A DNA stretch of 62,941 nt, filler included, from Rozella allomycis CSF55 (GCA_000442015.1; 17 parts of 17 records of this genome joined end to end with filler, not necessarily neighbours in it); one strand, 5' to 3'. Shown: positions 36,897 through 50,098, counted from the first letter of the whole stretch. The notes: generated from the letters alone by a model not told the origin. Numbers and translations: made by a program.

Positions 36897-37310
36897 AAAA
36901 ATGATAAGCCACACAGGAATTTGTCGATTTTATAACACAGGTGGCTTAGTTAGACGTGAACGTGTGAACAAGTTATTTTTAGAACAAACCTAAATTTGAC
37001 TTTCAATTGTTATTCAATATTCATTCTTCATTTTTCGGCTCCGTGCCCTTTATGGTCGCAAACCAAGAAAAATATCCTTGAATGGTAGAATACTAAATAC
37101 GACTATTTGCAGGCATTATGTCTCGCCTACCGCGGCACCGCCCACGATCAACGATGGCGGAAAATATCACAGAAAAACTAATATTCCCCAAACACCATCA
37201 GGCATCAATATCTAAAGGCGCATAAAACGTTAATAAAGAGTCTCTAAATTGGAAAGCGTAATCAAAGTCTAAACATCTTTTTGTTTTATTCGATATTTTT
37301 CTTAATAATT

Positions 37311-37326
37311 ATTTTGGCGCCAAAAT
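37311..37326. promoter_or_regulatory. Palindromic E2F-type site ATTTTGGCGCCAAAAT
   Basis: Perfect 16-bp palindrome containing TTTGGCGC on both strands, about 42 nt upstream of ATG 37368. Confidence 0.55.
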
Positions 37327-37367
37327 TGTGTTTTAGTAATTTTACTAAACTAAACTAGCTTCACTAA

Positions 37368-40300
37368 ATGGCGATTACCAGTCCATATCTGGATATCAGA
37401 GTATTAAAAAATGAAGCAACTACTCATATCGGAGCTTTGCAATATTTCCCTGATCGAGAGATTGTGTATATGCCAGTTGATGGAAGCAAGGGAATGTCAA
37501 TCAAAATAGATACGGAGCGACTAGACTTTGGCAAAATCAAGCAAGGATATAATATTTCTGTAATGTCTGCGTTTCTTGGGTAAGTATTAAATGGATTTTT
37601 GATTGGTAGATGCCTGGAAGTAGATGAGGGTGAAAGGCAAGAGAAATTTTTATTGCTAATGTAGGAAGAAAGCGAGAATGGAGTTTGTTGAAATGTTAAA
37701 GGAAAGCGATATTCGCTTAAGTGAGCTTTGTGTGTTGGGGATATCTGATTTGCGATGTCATGATTTGAATACTCAAAATTCGATAACAAAGTTTGAAGGA
37801 TTTGAAGAGTTTATAGAAGATGCATTTTATGTGGTTGAATCATGTGAAGAGATAGAAAATGTTTTAAAGAAAGGTAAATTGTATGGAAATATTTTGTGTA
37901 GATTATTCATTACCTATGGCAGTGTTGATTAGAGTTACAAGTTTAAATAATGGAGTACCTGTCACTGGAATGATAACTTTTGTAAGAATTGTTATTGTGA
38001 ATTTATTGAGATTGAGTGTGGATTGATGATGTTTGATGAAAAGAGTGNTTAGATTTTGACAAACTCAAGCAAGGATATAATATTTCTGTAATGTCTGCGT
38101 TTCTTGGGTAAGTATTAAATGGATTTTTGATTGGTAGATGCCTGGAAGTAGATGAGGTTGAAAGGCAAGAGAAATTTCTATTGTTAATGTAGAAAGAAAG
38201 CGAGAATGGAGTTTGTTGATATGATAAAGGAAAGTGATATTCGTTTAAGTGAGCTTTGTGTGTTGGGGATATCTGATTTGCGATGTCATGATTTGAATAC
38301 GCAAAATTCGATAACAAAGTTTGAAAGATTTGAAGAGTTTATTGAAGATGCATTTTATATGGTTGAATCATGTGAAGAGATAGAAAATGTTTTAAAGAAA
38401 GGTAAATTGNGTGAAAGGCAAGAGAAATTTTTATTGCTAATGTAGGAAGAAAGCGAGAATGGAGTTTGTTGAAATGTTAAAGGAAAGCGATATTCGCTTA
38501 AGTGAGCTTTGTGTGTTGGGGATATCTGATTTGCGATGTCATGATTTGAATACTCAAAATTCGATAACAAAGTTTGAAGGATTTGAAGAGTTTATAGAAG
38601 ATGCATTTTATGTGGTTGAATCATGTGAAGAGATAGAAAATGTTTTAAAGAAAGGTAAATTGTATGGAAATAATTTGTGTAGATTATTCATTACCTATGG
38701 CAGTGTTGATAAGGGTTACAAGTTTAAATAATGGAGTGCCTGTTACTGGAATGATAACTTTTGTAAGGGTTGTTATTTGAATTTATTGAGATTGAGTGTG
38801 GATTGATGATGTTTGATGAAAAGAGTGTATTGCCATTATCACAATCATTTAAAGAATTGAGTGAAAGCCTTTTAGTGTATCAACAGCCGAATATGCCAAG
38901 ATTGATGGAAGTTCCAAATAATCCATTTTGCTTTATATTTTCAAATTTTGTTTCCAAATCATTTTTTAAATTTCAATCTTTTATTCCAGAGAAGATTGAA
39001 ATAAAATCTCAAATAAATTCAATTCAATTTTTGGAAGATTTGAAGAGAATAAAATTTTATGCAGAAAAAAATAAACCAGAAAAATATTTTCTTGAAGCAC
39101 AAAAGGTGCCAGAGATTGAAAATGAATTGAAAAAAATTACGCGAGAGAAGAGTGAAATTGAAGAAATTTTGAAATCTAAAGAAAAAAGATTAAAAAGAAT
39201 TGAAAAAGATAGCGAACAAGTAAAAAATAAAAGAAATAAAAATAGATTCATTTTTCTTTAACCAGGGAGTGCCTATTGTTGGAATGTAAGAAGAGTGATT
39301 TACAAATTGAGATTGAAAAGATGAAATTTGATCAGCATTTGAATGAATTGGAAAATGAAAGAAGAGAAAACAAAATTTATAATCTAAAATTAAATGAAAG
39401 AAAAAGAAATCAAAAATTAAAAGAAATTTTTGTAGATCAAAAGAAGATCGTGGCTGAGAAACAGAATTTATTTTTAAAAGCAGAAAATGAAATTCAAAAT
39501 TTGAAAAACAGAAATTTAAATTTGAATAAAACGATTGAAGAGAAAGAAGAAGAATTTAAAAGTTTGAAAGAAATGTCAAAGGAAGAAGAAGAGAAGAGAA
39601 TTGAAGAGATTGAAAGTTTGAAGAATGAATTAAAGGAAAGTGAAAATGAAATAAAAAGAAAAGATTTAGAATTGAAAAAAGAAAAAGAAATAAAATTAAA
39701 ATTTGAAGAAGATTTAAAAAAGATTAAAAAAGAAATTAAAGAAAAAGATCTGGAAATTTCAGAAATAATAAAAGAAAAAGAAAAAATTTTGCAAGAAAAA
39801 GATTTAGAAATTTCTTCAATTAAAAAATCAAAATTTGAATTTGAAAAGAAATTTAAAGAAGCTCAATCAATGCATGAAATTTCATTAAAAGAAACAGAAT
39901 TTGAAACTGAACTTGAAATTAAAAAAGCTAAAAAAGATTTTGAATTGAAATTAAAAATATTAAAAGAAAAATTTGAAGAAGAATTTGAAAAACAAAAAGA
40001 GAAATTGGAAGAAGAAGCAGCTGAAAAAGAACGAAGAAAATTAAAAAGAATTTTTGAAAAAGAAAAAATTCAATTGAAAAATGAACTTTTAGAAAGTCAA
40101 AAAGAAATTCTTTCGTTGCAACAAAACAAGATTAGAAAAAGTTTAACAATCTTGAAATCTGTGGCTGAGGAATCTAATCTGGTGGCTGATGAAGATCAAG
40201 AAGAGATTCAAGAAAAGAAGAATGTTAAAGAACAGAGAAATCTTAAAGAAAAAGTTCAAGAAAAGAAGATTGTAAAAGAAAAGGTTCAAGAACAGAGAAA

Positions 40301-41473
40301 TCTTAAAGAAAATAATAAACTAAAAGCATCACCAAAAGAAAGTATAAAAGAAAATGTCTCTTTAGATAACGAAAAGGTCTCCTTGGATGAAGAATCGATA
40401 ATCCAACCAAAAGGGGTGACGAAAAAGAAACCCCAAAAAGTAATTCAAGATTCAGATTCTGAAGAGAAACAAAACAAGAAAAATGTTGTAAAGCAACCCG
40501 CTAGAAGAAAACGATCTCCAAAAGCGGCTATTGAAGAAGAGGTAAATGAAGAAAAGGTTAAAGAAACTCTCATGGAAACGAAGATTGAANTCAACCAAAA
40601 GTGGTTACGAAAAAGAAAACCCAAAAAGTGATTCAAGATTCAGATTCTGAAGAGAAACCAAAAGAGAAAATTGTTGTAAAGCAACCTGCTAGAAGAAAAA
40701 GATCTCCAAAAGCGGCTAATGTAGAAAAGGTAAATGAAGAAAAGGCTAAAGAAACTCTCATGGAAACGAAGATTGATGAAAGCCCCAAATTAAATGAGAC
40801 ACCAAGCCCGAAAGAAAATATAAACGAAGAGATTAAAGAAACAAAAGAAAAACCAAAAGCGAGAAGAAAAAGAGTGACAAAGAAAAGTTCTCAAGAAAGT
40901 TTAGAAATTCCATTAGATGAACAAGATGAACAAGAAACCAAGCCCAAACCACGTAGTAGACCTAAGAAAAAAGATGAACAAAAAGAAAATAATCTGGTTG
41001 AAAATATTGACATTCAACACAGCCCAATACCAATCAAGAAAAGATCTTCATTTTTGGATTCTGACGCTGAAGAGCCTCCATCTAAAAAGCAGTAATTTTT
41101 ATCATTGATTATTAATAGAAAAACTCCATACGTTCGCACTTCACTTCATCCTTCACTGTTCATAACACCCACTGAACAGCCAAAGAAACCAGAGCCTAGT
41201 CAGCCAAATGTCAAGTCTTCACGGCCATCGCTATTTGCGCCTTCTTCAATACGACCTACTTTCAATCTATCTAATCAATCTGCTGTGAATCCAGAGTCTA
41301 GAAAAATCAGACTGCCTGTTTTAGCAAAGAAATCTTCAGTAATTTCATACAATAAACTTTAATAGCTCAACATTCCAACATCATTAAGTAGTCAACCAAG
41401 TCAGTCTCATGTAAACAAGGATACTTTCCAAAAGGTTCTCAACTCTTTTTCAAGGCCGCCTCTTTCACAATAA
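37368..41473 (+). CDS. Multi-exon long coiled-coil (Glu/Lys-rich) protein with a disordered basic C-terminus; N-terminal exons repeated as haplotype fragments
   Basis: Chain of ORFs 37368-41362 linked by short GT-AG introns; heptad EK-rich segment 39276-40200; last exon ends at TAA 41473. Confidence 0.7.
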
Positions 41474-41665
41474 ATTCAATTAACAGACTAAACAATTCTA
41501 ATAATCAACTTTAATACTACATACAATTAATTTATTACAACTTAAACTTTGCATCCACAATCNTAACTCTTTTTCAATGCCGCCTCTTTCACAATAAATT
41601 CAATTAACAGACTAAATAATTATAATAATCAACTCGAATACTACATACAATTAATTTATTACAAC

Positions 41666-42130
41666 TTAAACTTTGCATCCACAATCCCACCTCTCATTCA
41701 ACCTCTCACAATCAAACTCAGCCTTTCCCAGCCGCAAATTCACCTTGTTATGCAAGCCACAAAGCCATTTCTGAAACTCAACTCCACTTTCCACTTTTGG
41801 CGGCTCCTTTCCAAGCATCTCCCTAAAATGCTGGCCACACTCTTCGCACGGATACAGTCTTCCAAACATCTCCACAAAACTCTTCATCTCGGCCTTTTGC
41901 TCGGCGGTCGGATTCGCAGGGTATTTCGCTGCTAGTGTATGCAGAAACGTCCAGGTGGAATGGCCCAGCTCTGCGCGGATTAGCTGATCTGTTGCGGGTT
42001 TGCTGTAGTATTTCTGGTAGTAGGGCGGTTCTGGAACTTGCATTGATGTGGCAGGGAGGAATAGGAATACACTTGATAAGATTATCATGGCGCAGATGGC
42101 TATAATCAACTGTTTGTGTGTTCGCGGCAT
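41666..42130 (-). CDS. ERV2: ER FAD-linked sulfhydryl oxidase Erv2 (Erv1/ALR family)
   Basis: N-terminal membrane anchor, ELGHSTWTFLHT, YPCEEC, HNKVN.RLGK.FDC, C-terminal WDCGC. Confidence 0.93.
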   Translation of the reverse strand: MPRTHKQLIIAICAMIILSSVFLFLPATSMQVPEPPYYQKYYSKPATDQLIRAELGHSTWTFLHTLAAKYPANPTAEQKAEMKSFVEMFGRLYPCEECGQHFREMLGKEPPKVESGVEFQKWLCGLHNKVNLRLGKAEFDCERLNERWDCGCKV

Positions 42131-42708
42131 TTCTGATATTTCAGAGAATTTTCAATGTGGTTGATTAATGCTATTGACAGTTTCATATATTTTAGGGATA
42201 TTGAGGTGATATTGTTGTTTTCAGCAAAGTGAAATTAACTTTTAACTCACCATGTCATCTCTTGTGTAGGATTGGTATATGCCAATTGACATCATCTTGA
42301 TAACCAGTTGCCAAACGTTGTCAAAAAGATATTTATTAAACGCATTTTGATGCCCAAACATCATCATGAAGTTCACTACTCTTCTCTTGCCTGGAGCATT
42401 CGCTTNCAAGATTATCATGGCAAAGATGGCTATAATCAACTGTTTGTGTGTTCGCAACATTTCTGATATTTCAGAGAATTTTCAATGTGTGTGGTTTATT
42501 AATGCTATTGACAGTTTCATATATTTTAGGGAAATTGAGGTGATATTGTTGTTTTCCGCAAAGTGAAATTAATTTTGTAACTCTCAATATCATGCTCGTG
42601 CGATAATTTTAGCATTGGTATATGACAATTGACATCATCTTGATAACCAGTTGCCAAACGTTGTCAAAAAGATATTTATCAACCGCGTGTTGTTACCAAA
42701 ACATCATC

Positions 42709-43349
42709 ATGAAGTTCACTACTCTTCTCTTGCCTGGAGCATTCGCTTATGAATATTATACTAGAAAAATCAATCCAACTAGAGAAGTGCCATATGTTTC
42801 GGAACCAGTATTCGAAGTATATCCATACGGTGACTGCAAATACTCTGACATCTATTATGACGTCAATGGCAATCAAAAGTGTCTGGTGACTATGGATTCT
42901 GACCTACTTGAGCGGGAAAAATTCTACCCTGGGAGATTCAAGCGCGGTGAATGGCGTAGAAAGCCAAAAATTTTCAAAGAAAAGTATGAAGAATACGTGC
43001 CTACTAGTTCTTACTCTAATTACCCAGTTGAAGATTATGAATTTCCATTGACAAAGCGCTATTATCCAAGAAAGTCGGCGTACTTTTATGAATCTGAATT
43101 CCCAAAGAAGGTTGGTTTTGATTACTATTCTCGCGATCAAGAGTTTTATCCAGCATACCCATCCTATGAAGATGAATTTGATTACTCTTCTGAAGATGAT
43201 TACACGTATGGACCTTCATATGCTCCAAGATCTTATTCAAGAGAAAGAGATTATCCAACTGATAAGTATGAATATTCAGATTATCCAGTCACCGCCAGAA
43301 AATACACCGAGGCCCCCACCTATCCATTTTACAAAGATGATGAAATTAC
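42709..43349 (+). CDS. Tyr-rich secreted protein, haplotype copy (partial)
   Basis: Near-identical to 43380-44084; broken at N 43350. Confidence 0.7.
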
Positions 43350-43379
43350 NCAACCGCGTGTTGTTACCAAAACATCATC

Positions 43380-44084
43380 ATGAAGTTCACTACTCTTCTC
43401 TTGCCTGGAGCATTCGCTTATGAATATTATACTAGAAAAATCAATCCAACTAGAGAAGTGCCATATGTTTCGGAACCAGTATTCGAAGTATATCCATACG
43501 GTGACTGCAAATACTCTGACATCTATTATGATGTCAATGGCAATCAAAAGTGTCTGGTGACAATGGATTCTGACCTACTTGAGCGGGAAAAATTCTACCC
43601 TGGGAAATTCAAGCGCGGGGAATGGCGTAGAAAGCCAAAATTTTTCAAAGAAAAGTATGAAGAATACGTGCCTACTAGTTCTTACTCTAATTACCCAGTT
43701 GAAGATTATGAATTTCCATTGACAAAGCGCTATTATCCAAGAAAGTCGGCGTACTTTTATGAATCTGAATTCCCAAAGAAGGTTGGTTTTGATTACTATT
43801 CTCGCGATCAAGAGTTTTATCCAGCATACCCATCCTATGAAGATGAATTTGATTACTCTTCTGAAGATGATTACACTTATGGACCTTCATATTCTCCAAG
43901 ATCTTATTCAAGAGAAAGAGATTATACAACTGATAAGTATGAATATTCAGATTATCCAGTTACTTTCAAGAAATACACCGAGGCCCGCACTTATCCATTT
44001 TACAAAGACGATGAAATTACTGAAAGAAATAACTTTCAAAAAAGACGCAGATGCAACAAGAAGAAGAAAGTCCCTTTCTTTTAA
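43380..44084 (+). CDS. Predicted secreted tyrosine-rich protein (about 15% Tyr)
   Basis: Short signal-like N-terminus MKFTTLLLPGAFA; about 36 Tyr in 234 aa; basic C-terminal tail. Confidence 0.78.
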   Translation: MKFTTLLLPGAFAYEYYTRKINPTREVPYVSEPVFEVYPYGDCKYSDIYYDVNGNQKCLVTMDSDLLEREKFYPGKFKRGEWRRKPKFFKEKYEEYVPTSSYSNYPVEDYEFPLTKRYYPRKSAYFYESEFPKKVGFDYYSRDQEFYPAYPSYEDEFDYSSEDDYTYGPSYSPRSYSRERDYTTDKYEYSDYPVTFKKYTEARTYPFYKDDEITERNNFQKRRRCNKKKKVPFF

Positions 44085-44389
44085 ATTAACTTAATAAATA
44101 ACTAATTGCAATGCTTATTGGGGTTTGTTTATATTTCATTTGTAAATAATTGTATGTTAAGAGTTAACAATGATTCAAATACAGCATCTTCGTTCATGGA
44201 TAAAGTAATGCAATGAAACAATGGTATCCAGTATAAAAACAAAATTTCCAAAGTACAATCCGATGGGGAAATCGCGTATAACAGTAATGTTTCACAGATA
44301 TGTAAATCAAGGTATATGTTCACGGAGCATCATAACATAGATTACCAAGATGCCTGGATGACTGGACTATTCATGATATTCAAACCGCG

Positions 44390-44901
44390 ATGGACTCCTT
44401 TCATGGAACTTACACAGTATTCGATGAGAACATGCACACCAAAAAAATAATAGAAGTGAAAGGCAAAGGGAGTTTAGATTTTGGCCGAAAAGCGATTTCG
44501 TCCAGTACACCATCCAAATTACCCATATTAATGAGAAGCGCCAGTTCTATTACAGCTAGCAGTCATAATAGCACGATACCCCATTCGAAACCAAGATTTA
44601 CTGATTATAAACCGTATACAGCAAAAGATGGTCATGCATTCAAACCGCCGTCGAATGTTGGGGGACTGGGTGCAGACTTTGACTCAAAGGAATATGTCGA
44701 GAGAGTATGACTTTTCTCTTTAAAATTACGGTAGCTGAGAAAACGAGTGAAACAATTAGAATATGCAGAGAATGTAAGGGTTCAGAACAGCTCCAAATCT
44801 TTAAATATGGCAAATTCAAGTTCTCGATTGAGCATATCTAGTGTTCCTAGCCTAAGCAATACAAGATTTAGGACAAGTGCTAGCATGGATAATGTTGAAG
44901 A
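44390..44901 (+). CDS. JHY-like ciliary protein (partial; start probably upstream)
   Basis: YKPYT....VGGLGADFDS...KQLEYAENVR matches the JHY motif GGLGPD...KEYA..V; short intron near 44705-44733. Confidence 0.65.
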
Positions 44902-45015
44902 NNNNNNNNNNNNNNNNNNNNNNNNNNNNNNNNNNNNNNNNNNNNTTAATTAATTAANNNNNNNNNNNNNNNNNNNNNNNNNNNNNNNNNNNNNNNNNNN
45001 NTTCATTATCTTTCA

Positions 45016-46755
45016 ATGAATGTCTTGGTGTATGACGACTTTGGTGTATCTACAAACTCTTTAAAACATACTTTGTATTCACTGAAAAAGTATTTGAGCC
45101 AAAAATATGATGTGCATACAGTGAATGCAAAACAATTATGCGATGAACCATGGCAAGATAATTGTGCATGTTTAGTGATTCCTGGAGGCGAAGACAAGTT
45201 TTATCAGTCAAAATTGCATCCTGTAGCTACTGAAAAGATAAGAAACTATGTTTTCCAGGGAGGAAGGTACTTTGGAGTTTGTGCAGGCGCATATTTTGCT
45301 TCTGACCAAATCGAGTTTGAAAGAGATACTAGTAACAGTGTGATTGGGGAAAGAAATTTAAAGTTTTTCAAAGGAAAGGCTATTGGTTGTTTGAATGAAG
45401 GGTTCGAATACAAAAAGGAAAGTGGAATGATGCAAGCTTTGGTTTCCTCTCCTCTCGGACATCACTTTTATGCGTACTATAATGGGGGATGCTATTTTTC
45501 TCCTTGGCAAGATGTCGAGGATGATTCTTTTGAAATCATTTCAAAATATCAAATAAATCTTATGAGTGGAATAAAAGGCGGGTTGAATAAGTTCGAAACT
45601 CTTCCAGCTGCCGTTTGCTGTAAATATGGATTGGGTAGAGCGTTCTTGGTTGGATTTCATCCTGAATACGATCCAGAAATCGAATGGGAAGACAATTTGT
45701 TTGATAATACAAAAATTGTCAAGACTCGGAAGGAATCGAATGAATTTTTCATCTTTTTGCTTGATAAATTAAATCTTTCTGCGAATTTAGCAACTGAAAT
45801 CTCTTATTTGCCGAAAAACATGCCGATTTACGTTTACTTCATGAAGAAATACAGTCGAGAGGAAATTAAGGCGTTACCAGCACAGATTGATTCTGCTGAT
45901 GTGATATTTGTTAAAGATATGAAGAAAACTACAGATTTTGATGTAAATTCTTATAAACGGCATTTGATGTCAAAATGGTTTGGTCAAACTATTTTGTGTT
46001 CAAATTCTCTTTCGTCTACTCAAACAATAATGCAAAGGTAAAAGAGTTTCTTGGAATAAATTTATTTGTTACCTGCAAGAAGTTTTGCCCAATGGATCCG
46101 TTCTCATAGCTGATAATCAATTTCAAGGGCGGGGAAGGGGAAATAACACGTGGATTTCAAACAAGGGATGCCTTCAGTTTACATTCCTTTTAAAGGCGAG
46201 TCAATTGGATTTGAAATCTCCTAATCTTGTGCAGTACTTGGTGGCCCTTTCAGTTGTTCATGGGTTGAAATCAATGATCCCAGTAAGACAGCAGAACGAT
46301 CTTCTTGTAGGATCTTGCTGTATTTATTAAATGGCCAAATGACATTTATGCAAAGAAAGATGACAAATTACTTAAGATTGGTGGCATAATTGTAAATTCC
46401 ACTTTTGATGGCGATTTATTTACTTTAATGATTGGTAATTTAATATTTAGCATATCACAGGGGTTGGATTGAATGTTGAAAACGATTCCCCTTCAATCTC
46501 AATCAAACAGTTGGTTTCTTCTTCTGTGAACATTAGCAGAGAGATTTGTCTTGCATTATTCTTTAACACTTTTGAAGAACTTTACTATGAAATGATCACT
46601 ACTGGATTCCCCTTTAAATTATATGAATCATATTGGCTGCATTCGTAATATTGTACATTATTCTCTTTTAGAAATCAACAAGTCACTTTAAATGAATTCA
46701 ATCAAGACAAGTTCTTTATAAAAGGAATCGACAAGGATGGTTTTCTGATTTGCGA
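45016..46755 (+). CDS. BPL1: Biotin-protein ligase (BPL_N GATase-like plus BPL catalytic domain), copy A; 3' end broken and duplicated to 47119
   Basis: MNVLVY, PGG, CAGAY, FHPE; SSTQ, QFQGRGRGNNTW, KWPNDIY, KIGGI, GLNVEN. Confidence 0.95.
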
Positions 46756-47348
46756 NGATCCCAGTAAGACAGCAGAACGATCTTCTTGTAGGATCTTGCT
46801 GTATTTATTAAATGGCCAAATGACATTTATGCAAAGAAAGATGACAAATTACTTAAGATTGGTGGCATAATTGTAAATTCCACTTTTGATGGCGATTTAT
46901 TTACTTTAATGATTGGTAATTTAATATTTAGCATATCACAGGGGTTGGATTGAATGTTGAAAACGATTCCCCTTCAATCTCAATCAAACAGTTGGTTTCT
47001 TCTTCTGTGAACATTAGCAGAGAGATTTGTCTTGCATTATTCTTTAACACTTTTGAAGAACTTTACTATGAAATGATCACTACTGGATTCCCCTTTAAAT
47101 TATATGAATCATATTGGCTNNNNNNNNNNNNNNNNNNNNNNNNNNNNNNNNNNNNNNNNNNNNTTAATTAATTAANNNNNNNNNNNNNNNNNNNNNNNNN
47201 NNNNNNNNNNNNNNNNNNNCTTCCTACTCATGCAGTTCATGTTTTCCTGGCTTTAAGGAGAATAATTAACCAGGAAACGCAGAAATCAATTTATAAAGGC
47301 ACAGACGCATCCAAAAGACCGATAGCAGGTGATCCTTTCCCTACACCA

Positions 47349-48345
47349 TTGTCAAAGTCAAAGATAAAAGGGAAGCAGCCCTCAAGATCATCAGGCGCCG
47401 ATCAATTGCTTTCAGAAGACAATCTACACACAGGGAATCCATCTACGCCATCAAGGCCTTCATCACATGCGCAAGGGAATCCTTTTACTTTTGCATCAAG
47501 GCAGGAATTTGGCTCAAATGGCTATACAGCGCTTGAAGAATTTTCTCAATATTCAAAGTATTNCGCTTGAAGAATTTTCTCAATATTCAAAGTATTTTTA
47601 TGCTCATTTATTTATTGGTAATTAAGTTTTTAATTTTGTTACCCAAGGTCAACGTAAAGCTGACAAACGTAATGTTTTCTTTAAGATTCTAATAAATGAA
47701 GACAGTGGATCAATCATAAGAAACTATATTCAACTAGGGTCAATGTGCAATTCTGTACAACTTTTAGACTGTTTCCGTGCGACAAAAAATTTGGTGCTAG
47801 TCTTTCCCAAATGGCACCCCTTGACAGTGCAGCGAGATGAACTATTCCAATTCAAATATCTGGAGACAAGAACAATTGCTAAGATCTCCATAGCGATATG
47901 CAAGTTTCTCCAACATCTGCATTCGGCAAATTTGGCGCATTGTGATATTAAGCCTCCCAACATTCTTTGCAAAAAGAGCATTCTTGATGACAATCAAAAT
48001 GAACTTGAAATTGATGACTTTTGTGTTTGTGATTTTGACGACGTTAAACAAATCGGGACTATGGAATGGCGAATTTTCGGAACTGCTGGATTCACCCATC
48101 CTAATGTAGATTTTATGAAAGAAAATGGCTCTAGACAAAGGATGTTTGAATTAGAAATTCTGCCTTACCTGGACATCTATAGCTTAGGCGCGACAGTCAA
48201 TTGGTTCCTTCAATTTGTTACTAGGGACAGTGCTCTCGAAGAACATCAAGCCTTAATGATCATTGCTAGTCGTCTAATGGAAGTCGATGAAGTGACCCCT
48301 ATCAATATTTCTGCCACAATAAAGGAATTTGAAGCTTTTTGTTAA
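47349..48345 (+). CDS. Divergent protein kinase (partial, multi-exon)
   Basis: NVFFKIL (VAIK-like), HCDIKPPN catalytic loop, CDFD in place of DFG, GTAGF, DIYSLG. Confidence 0.8.
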
Positions 48346-48516
48346 TGAAATAAATAAACTAACTTTATTACCCAGGTTTTCCTTAAGATATATGTTTATT
48401 CCAGTCTTGTCGGGATNNNNNNNNNNNNNNNNNNNNNNNNNNNNNNNNNNNNNNNNNNNNTTAATTAATTAANNNNNNNNNNNNNNNNNNNNNNNNNNNN
48501 NNNNNNNNNNNNNNNN

Positions 48517-50098
48517 AAAGCTTTTTGATAGTCCGTTTCTATATATTCCCCTTTGCAATACAAGTGCGCCATTTTAACAAGAGCCTTGGGATAGTTTTTC
48601 CCAGCTGCTTCCTCGTAATATTCTACCATCATATGAGAATCTTTCGTGACGCCAAGGCCAGCTTCGTACATCGTGCCCAGATTGAAAACTGCGTCAATAC
48701 AGCCAAGCGACGCGGCAATGTGAAATTTGTTCATCGCTTCTTTAAACAATTTCTATGCATATGATTGCAACAAATTACTTCCATTAAATATAAATAGCCA
48801 AGATTATTTGTAGCACTGGCGTGGTTATTGGATGCTGCCTTTTGATAATATTGCTTTGCTTGCAAAAAGTCTTTTACAACACCTTTGCCCTCCTCGTAGC
48901 ATATCCCAAGGTTGTTTTGAGCATTGGAGTTTCCCTGAATATATATTTTGAACATTCTTACTTGCTCTGCTGCCTTTAAAAACCACGTTACAGCCTTGCT
49001 GCAATCAAGTTCTACTCCGAGACCCCTATAGTACAAATTTCCAAGAGCATTTTGAGCTCTAGAGTAACCCTGCTCCGCTGCTAATTTGTACCATTCAGCT
49101 GCCTTTTCAAAATCCCGTGCTTGTCCGATTCCCATTTCATATAAACGCCCTACATATTGTAGTCTAGCGAATATTACCCAAGTTCGTCTGTGCATCAGGA
49201 TGATTTCTTTCCGCGGCTTGAATGTACCATTCAGTAGCTTTGGCTAAATCCAATTGTACTCCCTTNTTACTGAATATTACCCAAGTTCGTCTGCGCATCA
49301 GGATGATTTCTTTCTGCTGCTTGAATGTACCATTCAGTAGCTTTGGCTAAATCCAATTGTACTCCCTTCCCGGTTTCATACAGCCGACCCAAATGATTAC
49401 ATGCATCAGCATGACCTTTATTACCAGCCTCGCGGTACCAATATATAGCACTTGGTAGGTCAGGTTCCCGCCCAAGTCCATTTTCAAACATTGTGGCTAC
49501 CATATTTGCTGCCTCAGAATAACCAAACTTCGCAGCGGCCTATACACTATCATCAAATTGCTTTGGGTACCAAATATCTTTTGAAAGCAGTTTCATAAGA
49601 TTGCTTCACTCCATAGCCGAACAAAAATTTATCCCCTTGAACACAAAATTGCTCTGCTTGGCTTTGGTCCAAAACTACTTCAATGTAGTTGTGTAAAGTT
49701 ACTTTCCCAATCAGGATGCCCAGCAGCTAATGCAATTTTCGCAATATTGCCAGACGCAATTTTGGCTTGCTTGGATGAATTATCAGCCATTTCCAGAGTA
49801 ACATTCACAAGCAATTCGTTCCAGGCTGATTGGACGTCGTTAAAAAGGTATTCAATTCTCTTTCTATCTTTAAAAAGGGTCATTAATGTAGATGTTCTCT
49901 TCCACCTTTGACTCAAAACCGAGGTTCGTTACTTTGCTAACTTTTCATCTAGAGTTATTAAAGATTCCTGAAATTCTTTCAGCGCTTTTAATATCATATC
50001 AGACTGAATGTCTGTAAATATTTCATGTTTTCGTTGCATGAATGATTCCTTTTAATCGAAAAAGGTAAGTGTACTTTAATCTGCCTAAGCTTTTTGAA
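48517..50098 (-). CDS. Sel1-like repeat protein (partial, multi-exon)
   Basis: At least 7 repeats of type A..LG.LY..G.GV..D..KA..WY..AA..G. Confidence 0.92.

Noticed and set aside
37678-38731. Three copies of one exon as evidence of triploidy or triplication
   Set aside because: Two of the three are identical over most of the exon and differ only distally, which is explainable as mosaics of two haplotypes.
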